Virus record (IMG/VR): IMGVR_UViG_3300022183_000017
Span: 1 to 41,929 of that record
Source of the DNA: a virus
Lineage: Duplodnaviria > Caudoviricetes
Length of the DNA: 41,929 bases
Direction: 5' to 3' (one strand)
In this document: piece after piece, positions 8,664 to 18,961 of the stretch
Numbering within the stretch: the stretch's first letter is position 1
Layout of the letters: each line of letters starts with the position of its first letter
Position numbers and translations under genes: made by a program
The notes under the pieces: model-generated
Databases searched by the model: none
Seen by the model: the letters and a program-made list of their open reading frames with translations, nothing else
Told to the model about the DNA's origin: nothing

Positions 8664-8965
8664 TGGCAAAGTTTGCAAGCGGTAAAGATTCCTACGCTAT
8701 TTCAGACCGATCCGGTTTCCGGTATCGGTATAAAGACATGCGTAAAGAATGGAACGGCTTGCTAGTAGGAAAAGACGAATGGGAGCCAAAACATCCGCAG
8801 CTTGGTCCTTTTCGTAAAGTTGTTGATGCAGAGGCTTTAAAAGACGCACGGCCGGATATAGTGGAGCCGTTTGATGTATATGTAGGGATTCCAACAGTAG
8901 AGGCACCTAATTTGCTGCCACCGCAAGGTTTTGGGCAAGTTGGCATGGTTACGGTGACAACATGA
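8663..8965 (+). CDS. Hypothetical virion protein
   Basis: SDRSGFRY...KEWNG..V...WEPKHPQ; ends GQVGMVTVTT. Confidence 0.7.
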   Translation: MAKFASGKDSYAISDRSGFRYRYKDMRKEWNGLLVGKDEWEPKHPQLGPFRKVVDAEALKDARPDIVEPFDVYVGIPTVEAPNLLPPQGFGQVGMVTVTT

Positions 8966-9612
8966 GTTTTACATACACAGAGCTTCAACAGGCTATTCAA
9001 GACTACACCGAAAACGACGAAACTACGTTCGTTAATAATATTCCTATTTTTATTAGAAATTCCGAAGAGAGAATTTTAAAGAATGTTCAGCTTAGTTTAT
9101 TTCGTAAAAACGTGTCAGGGTCGGTAACCGCGTCTAACAAGTATTTAGCCTGCCCCACTGATTTCTTAGCTCCGTATTCCTTGTCGTATACCGATGCAAA
9201 TAACGACGCTAATTTTCTGGATTTTAAAGATGCTGATTATGTTCAACAGTTTAACCCGGATCCCACTACAGTAGGGGGTCCAAGGTACTATGCTGTCTTT
9301 GACTTAAATAACTTCATTCTTGGTCCTACCCCTGATGCAAACTATGCTGCTGAATTACATTATTTTTATCGTCCCGCAAGCTTGACCGCGGGAGCGGGAA
9401 CTGGGACTACTTGGCTTAGTGAAAACGCCGAATTAGCTATGCTTTACGGCAGTTTAATGGAAGCGTATATTTTTATGAAAGGTGAGCCTGATATGCAGGC
9501 TTTGTATGAAAAACGGTTTGGTGAATCAATTATGGGTTTAAAAATGTTCGGGGAAACTAAAGAGGTAACCGATGAATATCGTACAGGAAAGGTAATTAGG
9601 CCCAAACAATGA
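8962..9612 (+). CDS. Putative tail adaptor / tail tubular protein A-like
   Basis: TY.EL..AIQDY, FI..SE.RI, G.PRYY, GPTPD..Y, TWL...LYGSL.EA motifs of podovirus adaptors. Confidence 0.7.
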   Translation: MSFTYTELQQAIQDYTENDETTFVNNIPIFIRNSEERILKNVQLSLFRKNVSGSVTASNKYLACPTDFLAPYSLSYTDANNDANFLDFKDADYVQQFNPDPTTVGGPRYYAVFDLNNFILGPTPDANYAAELHYFYRPASLTAGAGTGTTWLSENAELAMLYGSLMEAYIFMKGEPDMQALYEKRFGESIMGLKMFGETKEVTDEYRTGKVIRPKQ

Positions 9613-9905
9613 TAAAAGCATTAGAAGTAGACATCCCTACGGATTATAAAGTTTTGGTGGAAACCACGCATGAACGCGGGTTTACGCCAGAAGAAGTTGC
9701 AGAGCGTTGTGCTGATAAGATCATTCAAATATCGGAAGATTCCCATCCGGGTATCCGCGATCAGGCTTATGCGTTTAGACAACACATCGTCAAGGTTTTA
9801 GCTTTTTACATGCGTGAAGCTATAAAAAGTGATAGAACTACAACATACAACACCCTATCAAAAGCAGGTTACAAGGAACTTGCTGAGCAATTAAGGAGAC
9901 TGTGA
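9609..9905 (+). CDS. Hypothetical protein
   Basis: Coupled ORF (ATGA overlap) in the tail operon. Confidence 0.7.
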   Translation: MIKALEVDIPTDYKVLVETTHERGFTPEEVAERCADKIIQISEDSHPGIRDQAYAFRQHIVKVLAFYMREAIKSDRTTTYNTLSKAGYKELAEQLRRL

Positions 9906-9906
9906 C

Positions 9907-10341
9907 ATGGCATTTTCGGGAAATTTTATGTGCACAAGCTTCAAGAAAGAGTTACTTGAAGCTAAGCACAATTTTTTAGCATCTGGGGGCAATAGTTTTA
10001 AACTAGCGCTTTACACAAACAGTGCATCTTTTACTGCGGCAACCACCGCATACACCGCCAGTAACGAAGTATCTGGGACAGGTTATTCTGCCGGAGGCGC
10101 AGGTTTGACAAACGTCAATCCCACCACTTCTGGAACTACAGCCTTTACGGATTTTTCAGACTTAACTTTTTCTAGCGCAACAATTACTGCTCGTGGTGCA
10201 TTAATATATAATGACACTGCTTCAGGGGATCCCTCTGTAGTTGTTTTAGACTTTGGTGGTGACAAAACGTCAACTGCCGGGGATTTTACAATTGTGTTTC
10301 CAACCGCCGACGCAAGTAACGCTATTATCCGCATAGCTTAA
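9907..10341 (+). CDS. Tail protein
   Basis: CTSFK.ELL...FKLALY...NEV.GTGY.AGG...TARGALIYN...VLDFG.DK motif set; AGGAG SD. Confidence 0.75.
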   Translation: MAFSGNFMCTSFKKELLEAKHNFLASGGNSFKLALYTNSASFTAATTAYTASNEVSGTGYSAGGAGLTNVNPTTSGTTAFTDFSDLTFSSATITARGALIYNDTASGDPSVVVLDFGGDKTSTAGDFTIVFPTADASNAIIRIA

Positions 10342-10359
10342 AACATTTAGGTGGCATAA

Positions 10360-11688
10360 ATGGCACTTATTGCGGGTTGGGGAAGAGGAGCGTGGTCAGA
10401 AGGGGCTTGGGGTAGTCCTTTATCTGTATCGGTTACTGGGGTATCGGCGACAGGCCAAGTCGGCACCGTTACGGTAGCCGGGGCAAGCGATGTTCCCGCT
10501 ACGGGCGTAGCGGCTACGGGAAATGTTGGCACAGTCTCTATTACAACAGAAGCCAATGTGTCTGTTACGGGCCTCGCTGCTACAGGGCAAGTCGGATCTA
10601 TAACGGCGGATGCGAAAGCCAATGTTTCCGTTACCGGCGTAGCGGCTACAGGGCAAGTCGATTCCGTAACGGTGAACATAGGTTCGGGCACTGTTGTTAC
10701 GGGGCTAGAGGCTACCGGTAGTGTTGGCACGGTTTCTGCTACGGGAGTAGCCGATGTTTCTGTTACGGGGCTAGAGGCTACCGGTAGTGTTGGCACGGTT
10801 TCTGCTACGGGAGTAGCCGATGTTTCTGTTACCGGCGTCGCAGCTACGGGTAATGTTGGCACGGTTTCTCCTACGGGAGTAGCCAATGTGTCTGTTACGG
10901 GAGTAGCGGCTACTGGAGAAGTAGGAACAGCCGGTGTCCAGCAAAGCGTAAGCGTTTTTGTTACCGGAGTAGCGGCGACTGCCGCAGTTGGGTCCTCCAC
11001 CGTGGGGATAGGAATAACCGTCCCTGTTACGGGAGTAGCGGCGACTGCCGCAGTTGGTTCTGTAACGACAACGGGAGTGGCCAACATAGCCTTGACGGGC
11101 TTATCTGCTACGGGACAGGTTGGCGCAGCAACAATTGATGCGGCCTCTATTGTACCGGCTACGGGGCTGGAAGGCACCGGATCAGTAGGGTCTGTAGGAG
11201 TAACTGCCGACTCCGTCAATAGCGTCACGGGGCTAGCGGCTACGGCGTCTGTGGGTTCCGTCACTGCGGGTGTTTCCGTTGATGTCTCTGTAACAGGCGT
11301 ACCGGCTACGGGGTCAGTAGGGACGGCTACGGCGGCCATAGGTAAAGCGGTTCCTGTTACGGGGCTAGAGGCTACTGGAGCGGTTGGGTCTGTCACAACA
11401 ACGGCGAACGCGAATGTTCCTGTTACGGGTGTAGCCGGGACAGGAAGTGTTGGTGCTGCAACTGTTGATCTTAAAGTAGATGTGGACGTTAATGGTGTTA
11501 GCGCCACGGGGCAAGTTGGAACGATTTCTGACTTTAATTTGGGTTGCACTGTTTTCCCAATAGGTGTTGAAGCCACTGGAAGCACAACCCCCGTACTGAT
11601 CTGGGGTACTATTGTGCCAAACCAGAATCCGGAGTATACTTCTATTGCTCCATCACAAACACCGGGTTGGGATCAAATAGCAGCTTAG
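10360..11688 (+). CDS. V/T/G-rich repeat structural protein (~22-aa repeats)
   Basis: About 18 repeats of VTG(V/L)xATGxVGxV; N-terminal GWGRGAWSEGAWG; C-terminal W-containing tail. Confidence 0.85.
   Translation: MALIAGWGRGAWSEGAWGSPLSVSVTGVSATGQVGTVTVAGASDVPATGVAATGNVGTVSITTEANVSVTGLAATGQVGSITADAKANVSVTGVAATGQVDSVTVNIGSGTVVTGLEATGSVGTVSATGVADVSVTGLEATGSVGTVSATGVADVSVTGVAATGNVGTVSPTGVANVSVTGVAATGEVGTAGVQQSVSVFVTGVAATAAVGSSTVGIGITVPVTGVAATAAVGSVTTTGVANIALTGLSATGQVGAATIDAASIVPATGLEGTGSVGSVGVTADSVNSVTGLAATASVGSVTAGVSVDVSVTGVPATGSVGTATAAIGKAVPVTGLEATGAVGSVTTTANANVPVTGVAGTGSVGAATVDLKVDVDVNGVSATGQVGTISDFNLGCTVFPIGVEATGSTTPVLIWGTIVPNQNPEYTSIAPSQTPGWDQIAA
10695..10826 (+). repeat. Perfect 66-bp tandem duplication
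   Basis: 10695-10760 is identical to 10761-10826 (one 22-aa unit, VTGLEATGSVGTVSATGVADVS). Confidence 0.95.
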
Positions 11689-11701
11689 AAGGGTTAAGCG
11701 A

Positions 11702-13756
11702 ATGGCAAGTACATATACAGTTAATATCGGAATTGAAAAACCGGGGACCGGGGATCAATCTGGGACATGGGGCGACACGACTAACACAAATTTTGACATT
11801 ATTGACCAAGCAACAAACGGAATTGCTACGGTCACGTTAGCTGCTGCGGGCACTTCGGGTTCACCCAACACGCTGCTAATTAATAACGGCGCACTGTCTG
11901 ACGGGCGCAATCGCTTTATTGAGTTTAATGACGGTGCGGATCTAGGCGCAACAGCATATGTGCAGCTTGGTCCAAACGATGCCGAAAAGATTGTACACTT
12001 GCGGAACAGCTTGTCTTCTTCTCGTAGCCTAATTGTTTTCCAAGGAAACTACAGCGCCTCTAATGATTTTGAAATTCCTAATGGTGCGGATGTACTTTTA
12101 AAGTTCAATGGCGGTGGCACGGGGGCCACGGTCACTGACGTAAATGCAAATCTAACTGCAACTAAAGTTACTTCTGGCGCACTGGATGTAGACAATATAA
12201 ACCTAGATGGAAACGCTATTACCAGCACCGATACCAACGGGGATGTTGATATTTTGCCTAACGGTTCAGGCAAAGTTAATCTTGACGGCGATGGTTCTAG
12301 CGGCGGTGTTACCATATCAGACGGTCTTGTTGATATTCGTACAGGAACAGGAACACGGTCTCAGGTAAAATTTTACTGTGAATCCAGTAATCTTCATGCT
12401 CAGACCGTACAACCACAGCCTCATTCGGCGGGGGTAACCAATACTCTTACTTTACCCGCAGGAGGCGACCAAGAACTTGTCGGTACAACTGACACACAAA
12501 CACTAACTAACAAGACTTTAACGGCACCCACAATCACGGGTGCCGGTCAAATTGCGGGTGTGTTTACTGGAGATTTAACAGGTAACGCGGACACGGCCAC
12601 TGCGCTGGAGACGGCAAGGACTATAGGTGGCGTGTCTTTTAATGGTACAGCTAACATAAACCTTCCCGGTGTAAATACTTCAGGCAATCAAGACACTTCA
12701 GGTAATGCTACTACGGCTACCGCCCTTGCAACAGGCCGCACCATTGGAATGACGGGCGATGTGGTATGGACATCCGCCTCTTTTGATGGTTCTGGTAACG
12801 TGACTGGAACAGCTACTATTCAGGCTAACTCTGTTGCTTTGGGAACAGATACTACTGGAAATTACGTTGGTACTATTACTGGCGGTACTGGTATTGACTC
12901 TACGGGGGCTACTTCGGGTGAGGGGATTGCACACACCCTTTCCCTAGACCTAAACGAACTTACCACGTCTACTTCGGATGGCGACGGTGACTTCTTTGCC
13001 GTAGTCGATTCAAGCGGAAACCAAAAGAAGCTAACCAAAGGGAATATCAATATTTCCGGCTTCAACAACAACAGTGGGTTTATTACGTCTGCGGACGGAG
13101 GTAACGCCGCGACGTTAGACTCACTAGATAGCACACAGTTCCTTCGTTCAGATGCAGCGGATACGAAGACATCCGGTGACTTGTCTTTCAGTGACAACGT
13201 AAAGGCAAAGTTTGGTGCTGGGTCTGACTTGCAGATTTATCACAATGGCACTGACAGTTTTATTGATGACGCAGGTACTGGTGACTTGTTTATTCGTTCA
13301 AACCGTTTGTTTATAGACAAATACACTGGTGAGCGTGTACTTTCCGCTACTGCTGATGCTGGTGTTGACCTTTACTACGACAACGCAGCCAAACTCGCCA
13401 CCACCAGCACAGGCGTAACAGTCACAGGCACAGCCATTGCCACAACAGACACCGACACAACGAATACCGGTTCTGTGACTTTAGACTTTGGTGCTAACCA
13501 AAACTTTGTGCTGACGCTAACCGGCAACGTGACGTTAGCCAACCCAAGCACTGAGCAGGTTGGTCAGTCAGGCTTTATTACTTTTATTCAAGACGGAACT
13601 GGCGGACGTACTGTGTCTCTTGGAACCGACTACGAAACGGCGGGTGCAGCAGGGTTAACGCTATCTACTGCCGCAAGCACTACAGACATTGTGCCGTATG
13701 TTGTTGCGGCATCAGGTCGTATTCTGCTTGGCGCACCGCAACTAGCTTTTGCATAG
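11702..13756 (+). CDS. Tail fibre protein
   Basis: N-terminal G.QSGTWG.TTN.N anchor, TQTLTNKTL, two NAxTATAL.T.RTIG repeats, LDS.QFLRSD, C-terminal LDF...NF.LTLTGN...QDGTGGRT domain. Confidence 0.85.
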   Translation: MASTYTVNIGIEKPGTGDQSGTWGDTTNTNFDIIDQATNGIATVTLAAAGTSGSPNTLLINNGALSDGRNRFIEFNDGADLGATAYVQLGPNDAEKIVHLRNSLSSSRSLIVFQGNYSASNDFEIPNGADVLLKFNGGGTGATVTDVNANLTATKVTSGALDVDNINLDGNAITSTDTNGDVDILPNGSGKVNLDGDGSSGGVTISDGLVDIRTGTGTRSQVKFYCESSNLHAQTVQPQPHSAGVTNTLTLPAGGDQELVGTTDTQTLTNKTLTAPTITGAGQIAGVFTGDLTGNADTATALETARTIGGVSFNGTANINLPGVNTSGNQDTSGNATTATALATGRTIGMTGDVVWTSASFDGSGNVTGTATIQANSVALGTDTTGNYVGTITGGTGIDSTGATSGEGIAHTLSLDLNELTTSTSDGDGDFFAVVDSSGNQKKLTKGNINISGFNNNSGFITSADGGNAATLDSLDSTQFLRSDAADTKTSGDLSFSDNVKAKFGAGSDLQIYHNGTDSFIDDAGTGDLFIRSNRLFIDKYTGERVLSATADAGVDLYYDNAAKLATTSTGVTVTGTAIATTDTDTTNTGSVTLDFGANQNFVLTLTGNVTLANPSTEQVGQSGFITFIQDGTGGRTVSLGTDYETAGAAGLTLSTAASTTDIVPYVVAASGRILLGAPQLAFA

Positions 13757-13765
13757 GAAATTAAC

Positions 13766-16153
13766 ATGAGTGGTCCTTTCGGTTCAAGCCAATGGATGTA
13801 TAACGCAGGTGGTGGGTTTTACGACTACAGCATTGATGGGTCGTTGCGGTTTAATGCTGACGATAGCGCATACCTAAACCGCACAGCAGCTTCTACTGGC
13901 AGCCTTACCACAGCAACAATTTCTGCATGGGTAAAGAGAGCCCGTTTAGGTACAGAACAACGCATATTTACATCAACTAAAACGGGTGTCGATAGTACGG
14001 TCTACTTTGATTCTTCTGGGCGTTTAGGTTTTTATGTACAGCAGTCAAACGGAAACTACGATTGGAAACGGAGTACTGCGCTTCATAGAGATGTAAGTGC
14101 TTGGTATCATATTGTTGCCGTTTGGGATTCATCTAATGCAACAGCAGCTGACCGTATGCGTCTATATGTAAATGGCGAGCGAATAACGAACTTTTTTAGT
14201 AACATAAACCCTGCTTTGAATGATGGGGTTGCTTTTTTTGACAGCACCTGTACTCATTATATAGGCAGATATACAACAGGCGGTTTGTTTTGGGATGGCT
14301 ACCTAGCCGAAGTCAACGCCATTGACGGCACCGCCCTAGACCCTACTAGCTTTGGCGAAACTAAGTCAGGCGTATGGATTCCAAAAGCTTACGGCGGTTC
14401 ATATGGTACTAACGGTTTCCATCTTGAGTTTGACGGCAACACCAACGACAGCAGCGGTAACGGCAACAACTTTACTGCCAACAACATTTCAACGAGCGAT
14501 TATGTGCCGGATAGCCCGACCAATAACTTTGCTACTTGGAGTTATCTTTCAAGTACAAATCTTACCTATACAGTTACGCAGGACGGAAACCTAAAAGCAA
14601 ATATGGGTACTGGTACAGGCACAGGTCTTACTGGAACATTTAGCTGTAAGGGTGGTAAGTGGTATTGGGAAATTAGAGCCAGTAATGTTGGTAACGGCTT
14701 GTCTCTAGGTATAACCACAGGCAGCGGCACTACATCCGATATGAACACCAAAGGAATATTTTACGACATATACGGAAATAAGCGTGTGTTTGGCACAACA
14801 ACAGGCAGTGCTGGAGCGACTTTTGCAGCGAACGATATCATTGGTATGGCGGTTGATGCAGAATCGGCTGGAACTATTGCATTTTATAAAAACAATGCTC
14901 TTCAATTTACAGTTACCGAATCTAGCATTCTAACTGAAGATTTTTTACCGTGGATATTAAACAATAGCAGCAGTGCTGGTTCTTTAAGCTATGTCAACTT
15001 CGGTCAAGACAGCACCTTTTCTGGCGCAATAACTGCTGGCGGTAACTCAGATGCTAACGGCGTGGGTGACTTCAAGTATTCTGTGCCGTCAGGCTTCCTT
15101 GCGCTATGTTCTGCAAATCTTCCAGAGCCTGTTGTAGGACCACTAGGTGATTCACTTAGTGGTGAGAATTTTAATACGGTGTTGTATACTGGAAACGGTG
15201 TGCAAGATACCACAATAAGCGGGGTTGGGTTTCAACCTGATTGGGTATGGATTAAAGACAGGACTGGGCCTAACCACCATATTTTATTTGATAGTGTAAG
15301 AGGTGGAACAAAGCAGCTATTTAGTAGTCTGGCTAATAGTGAACAAACAAATACTGACCTAACTAATGGGTTTGCTTCAGATGGATTTATAGTTGGTGAC
15401 AACGTAACTGGCACAGGTGCAACAAATCTTAATACTAACACCTATGTATCGTGGAACTGGAAAGCTGGCGGCTCTGCATCTAGCAACACTGATGGCTATT
15501 ACACATCAACTGTCAGCGCTAATCCAGATTCGGGCTTCAGTATTATAAAATGGACTGGTGATGGCACAGCAGGTGGAACTGTTGGTCACGGTTTAACAAA
15601 AGCCCCAGAGTTGTGGATTTCGCGCAGGATTAACACCACAGATAATTGGTTGACCTATTTCACAGTAGTGGATGGTTCGTTAGATTATATGTATCTAAAC
15701 CTCACTAACGGAGCGTCTGGCAGTGGAATTACATTGCCAACATCAACTGTATTTAGTGATGGATTATCTTCAGGAACATCAGATGACCGCATCTGCTATG
15801 CGTTCCACTCAGTTGAAGGCTACAGCAAGGTGGGTTCCCACAAAGGCAACGGCAGCACAAATGGGCCGTTTATCTACACAGGGTTTAGGCCGAGGTGGGT
15901 GCTGATGAAGCAAACAAGCGGCCTGTCTAATTGGTGGATTTGGGACACAGCTCGGGAAACATATAACCAGATGTCCACCCCGCTGTTCCCCGACGAGCCG
16001 TTCACGGAAGCGTCAAATGTAGCCTATCAGATCGACATTTTGAGCAACGGATTCAAGATGAGATACAACAACTCTACGGTGAATGGTAACGGCCTGACCT
16101 ACATCCACCTCGCCTTTGCCGAAAACCCATTCAAATACGCTAACGCCAGATAA
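13766..16153 (+). CDS. Receptor-binding / tail fibre protein with LamG (ConA-like) and SPRY-like domains
   Basis: SLRFN, T.SAWVKR, WYHIVAVWD, RLYVNG (LamG); GKWYWE, DIIGMAVD, NFGQ (SPRY); YTGNG...GFQPDWVWIK repeats. Confidence 0.8.
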   Translation: MSGPFGSSQWMYNAGGGFYDYSIDGSLRFNADDSAYLNRTAASTGSLTTATISAWVKRARLGTEQRIFTSTKTGVDSTVYFDSSGRLGFYVQQSNGNYDWKRSTALHRDVSAWYHIVAVWDSSNATAADRMRLYVNGERITNFFSNINPALNDGVAFFDSTCTHYIGRYTTGGLFWDGYLAEVNAIDGTALDPTSFGETKSGVWIPKAYGGSYGTNGFHLEFDGNTNDSSGNGNNFTANNISTSDYVPDSPTNNFATWSYLSSTNLTYTVTQDGNLKANMGTGTGTGLTGTFSCKGGKWYWEIRASNVGNGLSLGITTGSGTTSDMNTKGIFYDIYGNKRVFGTTTGSAGATFAANDIIGMAVDAESAGTIAFYKNNALQFTVTESSILTEDFLPWILNNSSSAGSLSYVNFGQDSTFSGAITAGGNSDANGVGDFKYSVPSGFLALCSANLPEPVVGPLGDSLSGENFNTVLYTGNGVQDTTISGVGFQPDWVWIKDRTGPNHHILFDSVRGGTKQLFSSLANSEQTNTDLTNGFASDGFIVGDNVTGTGATNLNTNTYVSWNWKAGGSASSNTDGYYTSTVSANPDSGFSIIKWTGDGTAGGTVGHGLTKAPELWISRRINTTDNWLTYFTVVDGSLDYMYLNLTNGASGSGITLPTSTVFSDGLSSGTSDDRICYAFHSVEGYSKVGSHKGNGSTNGPFIYTGFRPRWVLMKQTSGLSNWWIWDTARETYNQMSTPLFPDEPFTEASNVAYQIDILSNGFKMRYNNSTVNGNGLTYIHLAFAENPFKYANAR

Positions 16154-16164
16154 CGGAGAATAAC

Positions 16165-16725
16165 ATGGCTTGGAAATATAATGGTTCAATTATTCGCGCT
16201 GGCAAAGCGTGGACGGACACCGACGGTATCACGCACCCTAAGAACTGGATGATTTGGTCAGACGCAGACAAGACTGCCGCCGGTCTTGTGTGGGAAAACG
16301 ACCCTGCACCCTACGACAACAGGTTCTATTGGGGAAGACAAGACGATGGCACTTTGATTCCAAAGTCCCTAAACGATATCAACGAGGTTGATAGGGATGG
16401 CAACGCTATCAATGATGCTGACGGTAATCAGATTGTTACTCCGGGTTTGAAGACTAACGCTATTGAGTTAGTAAAGCGTCAGGCTGGTGAGTTACTAGCA
16501 CCCTACGACTGGTACGTTACCAGAAAGTCAGAGAAGTCTACAGCTATACCAAGCTCAGTAACCACCTACCGTGATGCCGTGCGTACAGCCTGTGCCGCAA
16601 TCGAAACATCAATCGGCAATGCAAGTGACCTTGCTGCGTTTATGGCTTTGTATGATATTCCTGTTGATTCAGATGATGAGCCGACCGGCCCCGCACCTAT
16701 CAACGACTGGCCTGACGCCATATAA
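16165..16725 (+). CDS. Tail fibre assembly chaperone-like protein
   Basis: L.PYDWYV.RK.E...IP....YR.AVR motif and terminal WP; directly follows the fibre genes. Confidence 0.7.
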   Translation: MAWKYNGSIIRAGKAWTDTDGITHPKNWMIWSDADKTAAGLVWENDPAPYDNRFYWGRQDDGTLIPKSLNDINEVDRDGNAINDADGNQIVTPGLKTNAIELVKRQAGELLAPYDWYVTRKSEKSTAIPSSVTTYRDAVRTACAAIETSIGNASDLAAFMALYDIPVDSDDEPTGPAPINDWPDAI

Positions 16726-16736
16726 AGGAGTCCTCT

Positions 16737-18665
16737 GTGCCTTTAACGAAGCTGCAATTTAGACCCGGCGTCAACCGAGAAACTACCTCCTATACAAATG
16801 AGGGGGGTTGGTTTGATTGCGATAAGGTACGTTTTAAATATGGGTTGCCTCAAAAAATTGGTGGCTGGGAAAAAAAATCCTCGACAAACAGTTTTCTTGG
16901 AACTTGTCGTGCGTTACATGCTTTTGTTTCTTTGGACGGAAGTAACTATTTAGGAGTGGGCACTAATTTAAAGTATTACCTTGAAGAGGGTGGTGCTTTT
17001 AGTGACATCACACCTTTGAGGCAGACCACGGCGTCAGGAGATGTCACTTTTGCCGCTACAAACGGGTCTAGCACACTTACTATAACAGATACCAATCACG
17101 GGTGTTTTGTAAACGATTTTGTTACTTTTAGTGGTGCCACCTCTCTTGGCGGGGTTATTACGGCAAGTGTTCTCAACCAAGAGTATCAGATAGCGTCCAT
17201 AATAAGCGACAGCCAGTACACCATTGTAGCACGAACGGCAGCTTCTCTGGATTCAGTAACAGTTGACGGGCAATATACGGTAACTCCGGTTGTCGCTAAT
17301 TCGTCGGATACAGGAAACGGGGGGTCTTCCACGGTTGGGGCCTATCAAGTCACGACAGGTTTGGACACTACCGTTCTGGGTACGGGCTGGGGAGCGGGAA
17401 CGTGGGGCCGCGGCACATGGGGGTCGGGTTCTTCTCTTACCGTTACAGGAGATGTTCTTCGTATTTGGAGCCACGATAATTTTGGCGAGGATCTTCTTAT
17501 AAATGTTCGTGACGGCGGGATTTTTTACTGGGACAAAAGCACTAGCTCGTCTCCAATTGCTCGTGCTGTAGCTATTTCGGACCTAGCTGGTGCGGATTCT
17601 ACAACTCCGACTATTGCCAAGCAGGTTATTGTTTCAGATAGAGACCGACATATTATAGCTTTCGGGTGTGACTCTGAAACAAATATAGGGGTTCAAGACC
17701 CTCTCTTAATCAGGTTTTCCAGTCAAGGTGATCCAACAACTTGGGCGGCGCAAGCTACAAACACAGCAGGTGATTTGCGTGTAGGTAGTGGCTCTCAAAT
17801 TATAACTGCGGTAGAGACACGTCAGCAAGTTCTTGTGTTTACAGACGTATCCCTTCACGCGATGCAGTTTTTAGGTCCTCCTTTTACTTTCGGCATTTCT
17901 CAACTTTCGGAAAACATAACTATAGCGGGGCCGCTAGCGGCAGTTGCTATAGAGGATGCTGTGTTTTGGATGGGCAGGGAAGAGTTCTATGCTTTTAACG
18001 GACAGGTTCAAAAGCTGCCGTGCTCAGTGCGTTCTTATGTATTTAATGATTTCAACGAAACGCAATCAGAAAAAGTAACCGCGGGCACAAACGGCAGCTT
18101 TTCTGAGATCTGGTGGTTTTACCCGTCCGCTAATTCACAAGATATAAACCGGTACGTAATTTACAATTATGAAGAGCAGGTGTGGTATTACGGTGAACTA
18201 GATCGTTCGGTGTGGCTGGATCGTGGCATTAATCAGTTTCCAATTGCGGCAAGTCAAGATGGCTACTTGTATTTGCAGGAAAAAGGTTTGGACGACGGTA
18301 GCACAACTCCTGCTACTGCGATTACTTCGTATATTGAAAGCAGTCAGATGGACATTGGGGATGGCGAGCACTTTGTATTTATGCGCCGTTTAATACCCGA
18401 TTTAACTTTTGAATCTTCTGTTTCGACAAGTCCGACAGCTAATTTTACACTGGAGACAAGAAATTTTCCCGGAGGTCAGTATCTACAAAGCAGTGCCAAT
18501 GCTATAACTAGGAGCTCTACGGTGCCTATTGAGCAGTTCACGGAACAGGTACATTTGAGGCTTCGGGGCCGATCCTTTGCTATGAAGATAGAGTCCACGG
18601 ACACGGGAGTAGCGTGGCGATTAGGTTCACCAAGAGTGGATATACGGCAAGATGGTAGGCGCTAA
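16737..18665 (+). CDS. Tail nozzle / DNA-stabilisation protein (P22 gp10 / T7 gp12-like beta-propeller)
   Basis: F.PG....T.Y...W.D.D.VRF, KIGGW, LLIRFS.Q, W....TNTAG..R, EIWWFYPS, WYYG.L.R, WRLG..R.D...DGRR. Confidence 0.75.
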   Translation: MPLTKLQFRPGVNRETTSYTNEGGWFDCDKVRFKYGLPQKIGGWEKKSSTNSFLGTCRALHAFVSLDGSNYLGVGTNLKYYLEEGGAFSDITPLRQTTASGDVTFAATNGSSTLTITDTNHGCFVNDFVTFSGATSLGGVITASVLNQEYQIASIISDSQYTIVARTAASLDSVTVDGQYTVTPVVANSSDTGNGGSSTVGAYQVTTGLDTTVLGTGWGAGTWGRGTWGSGSSLTVTGDVLRIWSHDNFGEDLLINVRDGGIFYWDKSTSSSPIARAVAISDLAGADSTTPTIAKQVIVSDRDRHIIAFGCDSETNIGVQDPLLIRFSSQGDPTTWAAQATNTAGDLRVGSGSQIITAVETRQQVLVFTDVSLHAMQFLGPPFTFGISQLSENITIAGPLAAVAIEDAVFWMGREEFYAFNGQVQKLPCSVRSYVFNDFNETQSEKVTAGTNGSFSEIWWFYPSANSQDINRYVIYNYEEQVWYYGELDRSVWLDRGINQFPIAASQDGYLYLQEKGLDDGSTTPATAITSYIESSQMDIGDGEHFVFMRRLIPDLTFESSVSTSPTANFTLETRNFPGGQYLQSSANAITRSSTVPIEQFTEQVHLRLRGRSFAMKIESTDTGVAWRLGSPRVDIRQDGRR

Positions 18666-18961
18666 TGTCCCGAGGTCTAGTTCAACCGCAGTTTCCAGTT
18701 GCTCCGCAGGGGTACGACCAGCGATACATGTCCGAGATTGTTCGGGCGTTTTCGGTTTTTTTGCAGCAGGTAAACAATCCGGGTCCGTGGCAGGCTTCTG
18801 CCTTAACTTTGCCCGATTTGCAGACCGACAATTATCAACTTCCTTTGGGGGGTATTTTTCAACACGGGGACGAATTGCGGATTACGGTAGCTAACAAACC
18901 GTATCCTAGAGGTTCCGCAGCAATAGGGGCCGTGGGAAGCGTCACGGTATCGACACCATGA
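18665..18961 (+). CDS. Small tail protein
   Basis: P.FP.AP..YD..Y start; ends GAVGSVTVSTP; coupled overlaps. Confidence 0.7.
   Translation: MSRGLVQPQFPVAPQGYDQRYMSEIVRAFSVFLQQVNNPGPWQASALTLPDLQTDNYQLPLGGIFQHGDELRITVANKPYPRGSAAIGAVGSVTVSTP

Noticed and set aside
10347-11585. 412-aa minus-strand ORF
   Set aside because: Antisense shadow of the V/T/G/A repeat gene, whose codons rarely create stops on the opposite strand; no SD or independent motif.
13766-16153. Diversity-generating retroelement target
   Set aside because: No reverse transcriptase and no template/variable repeat pair noticed in the window.
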